A DNA stretch of 26,696 nucleotides, taken from contig DAIENX010000094.1 of assembly GCA_027340875.1 (NCBI GenBank), forward strand, positions 1 to 26,696. The letters are read 5' to 3'. Shown here piece after piece: positions 24,561 to 26,696 of the stretch. Below the pieces are notes generated by a model. It did no database searches, had not been told where the DNA came from, and was given only the letters and a program-made list of their open reading frames with translations. This DNA comes from Elusimicrobiota bacterium (lineage in GTDB: Bacteria; Elusimicrobiota; Elusimicrobia; Elusimicrobiales; UBA9959). The position numbers and the translations under genes are program-made. How positions within the stretch are numbered: the stretch's first letter is position 1; each line of letters begins with the position of its first letter.

Positions 24561-26548
24561 TGCGCATCTCAGGGGGGACGTTACTGCTTGCGGCGACCAT
24601 CGCGGCCACCGCCTCGGCTCCCGTCCGTGCCGCCTCCGAGGCGACGCAGGAGAAGGCGTTCGACGCGGCTATGCTCGGGCTTAAGGAGAAGCCGTCGGAC
24701 AGGGGCCGGCTGCTGCTGGCCGTGGAGGACCTGCCGGAGAACTCCGCCCCCCGGGCCAGGCTGCTGGCCGCCGCGGCCGCCGGATTCATAGAAAAGAACA
24801 TTACAGATTACGCCGGCTACCTGGGAGCCTGCAAGTCCCTCCGCGTCCTCTCCAAGCACGCGGAAGCCCTGTCCAACTGCAGGAAGGCCCTAGAGCTAGA
24901 TCCCATGGCCTACCCGGCCTACCGCGAGCTGGGCCTGACCTATTCCGCCTCCGGCAGCCCCCGCAAGGCGGCCGAGACCCTCTCGCAGGGAATAGAGATA
25001 TCGTCCTCGTCCTGCCAGGCCTACTATTATCTGGCGCGCGTCCTCGAGAAGCGAGGGGACTACGCCCGCGCAGCCTCGTATTACCGCAAAGGTTTTTCCT
25101 TCCCCGGAGCGGCCGCCGCTCCGGACTACGCGCGCTATTCGCCGCTGCTCAGGGCGGGCCTCAAGCGCACGACCGGCGCCAGGCCGGCCGCCAGGACGAA
25201 GCCGGCCTCCCGCCAACAGCCGGCCATGTCGGCGGCCGAGTGCCGCGAGAAGCTCCGGGCCGAGTTCCTGCGGGACAGCCTCGGCACCGCGCTGACGCAG
25301 AGCGAAGAGTGCATGAAGCTTTCGCCCGCGGACCCGGACCTGGCCGCGGAAAGGGCCCCACTGCTGGTACGCCTCGGCAAATATGAGGAAGGAGTAAAGG
25401 AATACGAGCGAGCTGCCGCCCTTTACAAGGAGAACAAACCTTCCGCGGCGCTCTGCCGCATAAAGGCCGCGCAGACCTGGCTGAAGCTCGGGGACAGGGC
25501 GAAGGCCGCCGCGCAGTACAAGCTCGCCCTCCAGTCCAACCCGGAGGACATGAACGCCCTGGAAGGCCTGGCAGCGGCGCAGGAGGCGCTCTCGGACTCC
25601 GCCGGAGCGGAGGAGACCTATTCCCGCATCCTCAAGCTCGAGCCGGGCAACAAGAAGGCCAAGACGCGCCTTGAGGAGCTGAAAGCCGCCTCGCTGACGG
25701 ACGCGCAGATACTGGACGAGCTCAAGCTGCGCGGCGCCGCCGGCAAGGACAAGAAGACGGTGGACCAGAACGACGTCAAGCTCTTCAAGGCGATGAAGGC
25801 CGCCGAGCTGGGAGGGGCCGTCGATCTCCTGAAAGAAAAGGCCGCCCCCGGGCGCGGCCTGAGCGTCAGGCACAAGACCCCCGACGGCACCAGGGTTCTG
25901 CTCACGGCCGTAGGCTACAAGACCTACATCTCGCTGGCGACCAGGGAGGCGGTAAAGTTCTTCGAGTCGGAGAAGGTCGGCCTCAGGGAGATATTCAAGC
26001 TGCGCTCCAAGACCGGCGCCCCGCTTTTCAGCTCGGCCGGCATGCTGACCCCGGAGGGAGAGACGGTATGGCGCGCGGCTGTGCCGGGAAAGAAATCCTG
26101 GCTCATGCCCTACGAAGCCGTGCCGGCCAGCCCCCAGGCCAAGGCGTCCAGGGAAGCGGAGGAGCGGATAGCCTCCCTGCAGAAGGAAGGCTACCAGGAG
26201 ATCTCCGAGCCGGAATATCTGTGGCTCCTGAAGGCCACTCACTGCCCGGCGTTCACGCTCAAGAGCTCCCCGGTCAACGCCGTAAAAGAGCTCAATGACG
26301 GGGTCAGACCGCGCTATCTGCTGTGCACCGACGGCACCAAGACCTGCATGAACCAGTGCAACAGCCGCCTGCCCGAGTACATCGGGGCCTACCGCGGCGG
26401 CAACGCCGAACAGATGGAGGGACAGGCCTACGGCGGGTTCTTCGGCAGCGGGGCCAAGAAGAGATATTTCTGCGAGAACGGCGAGGTCTGGATGGGAGAA
26501 ATAGCCCAGGAAACCAGTCCCTGCAGCACTGCCGGCGCCAAGCGCTGA
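24560..26548 (+). CDS. Exported TPR protein with uncharacterised Cys-containing C-terminal domain
   Basis: Start reassigned to ATG 24560 (TAATG overlap with dcd). Signal peptide [24 protein letters not shown], two TPR clusters and a C-terminal non-TPR region. Confidence 0.8.
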   Translation: MRISGGTLLLAATIAATASAPVRAASEATQEKAFDAAMLGLKEKPSDRGRLLLAVEDLPENSAPRARLLAAAAAGFIEKNITDYAGYLGACKSLRVLSKHAEALSNCRKALELDPMAYPAYRELGLTYSASGSPRKAAETLSQGIEISSSSCQAYYYLARVLEKRGDYARAASYYRKGFSFPGAAAAPDYARYSPLLRAGLKRTTGARPAARTKPASRQQPAMSAAECREKLRAEFLRDSLGTALTQSEECMKLSPADPDLAAERAPLLVRLGKYEEGVKEYERAAALYKENKPSAALCRIKAAQTWLKLGDRAKAAAQYKLALQSNPEDMNALEGLAAAQEALSDSAGAEETYSRILKLEPGNKKAKTRLEELKAASLTDAQILDELKLRGAAGKDKKTVDQNDVKLFKAMKAAELGGAVDLLKEKAAPGRGLSVRHKTPDGTRVLLTAVGYKTYISLATREAVKFFESEKVGLREIFKLRSKTGAPLFSSAGMLTPEGETVWRAAVPGKKSWLMPYEAVPASPQAKASREAEERIASLQKEGYQEISEPEYLWLLKATHCPAFTLKSSPVNAVKELNDGVRPRYLLCTDGTKTCMNQCNSRLPEYIGAYRGGNAEQMEGQAYGGFFGSGAKKRYFCENGEVWMGEIAQETSPCSTAGAKR

Positions 26549-26557
26549 CACCCTCCT

Positions 26558-26589
26558 TTGCACAACGGGCGGAAATTTTGTATCATAAT
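26558..26589 (+). promoter_or_regulatory. Candidate sigma70 promoter for rplM
   Basis: TTGCAC(26558-63)-N17-TATCAT(26581-86), with an overlapping CATAAT(26584-89) 6 nt before the ATG. Confidence 0.65.
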
Positions 26590-26595
26590 ACGACT

Positions 26596-26696
26596 ATGAT
26601 ACAGAAAACCACTTTGCCCAAAGCCGACACGGCCGAAAAAACCAGGAAATGGCATTTCCTAGACGCTTCCGACCAGGTCCTGGGCCGGCTCTCCAC
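26596..26696 (+). CDS. rplM: 50S ribosomal protein L13 (5' part; runs off window end)
   Basis: Not in the ORF track. Reads MIQKTTLPKADTAEKTRKWHFLDASDQVLGRLS, matching the L13 R.W…DA….LGRL motif. Confidence 0.93.
   Translation, partial: MIQKTTLPKADTAEKTRKWHFLDASDQVLGRLS

Overview
High-GC bacterial chromosomal window (roughly two-thirds GC by eye). It is densely coding and mostly core/housekeeping, with no integrase, transposase or CRISPR array visible. Left end: 5' part of a type IV pilin gene, tRNA-Ser(GGA) and smpB. A long minus-strand run follows in transcription order: rdgB; sensor histidine kinase, LysM/FecR protein, TPR protein, THEP1-like NTPase with a destroyed P-loop, murC, rsmA, GT2; Xaa-Pro peptidase, lemA, htpX, efp, HAD hydrolase, secreted tandem SpoVG-like protein, S8 protease, DUF192; pilB/gspE ATPase and a beta-barrel-like protein. 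The plus-strand block holds an SseB-like/TPR protein, a clostripain-like C11 peptidase, an HpnD/CrtB-like synthase, dcd, a secreted TPR protein and the 5' end of rplM. Gene style suggests a diderm lineage such as Elusimicrobiota (inference, not verified). Most notable observations: a signal-peptide-bearing tandem SpoVG-like protein near pilus genes; an orphan kinase-LysM/FecR-TPR-pseudoNTPase module coupled to murC; an EF-P with Gln instead of Lys/Arg at the modified tip; and several apparently leaderless genes. All family calls come from motif recognition, not database searches.
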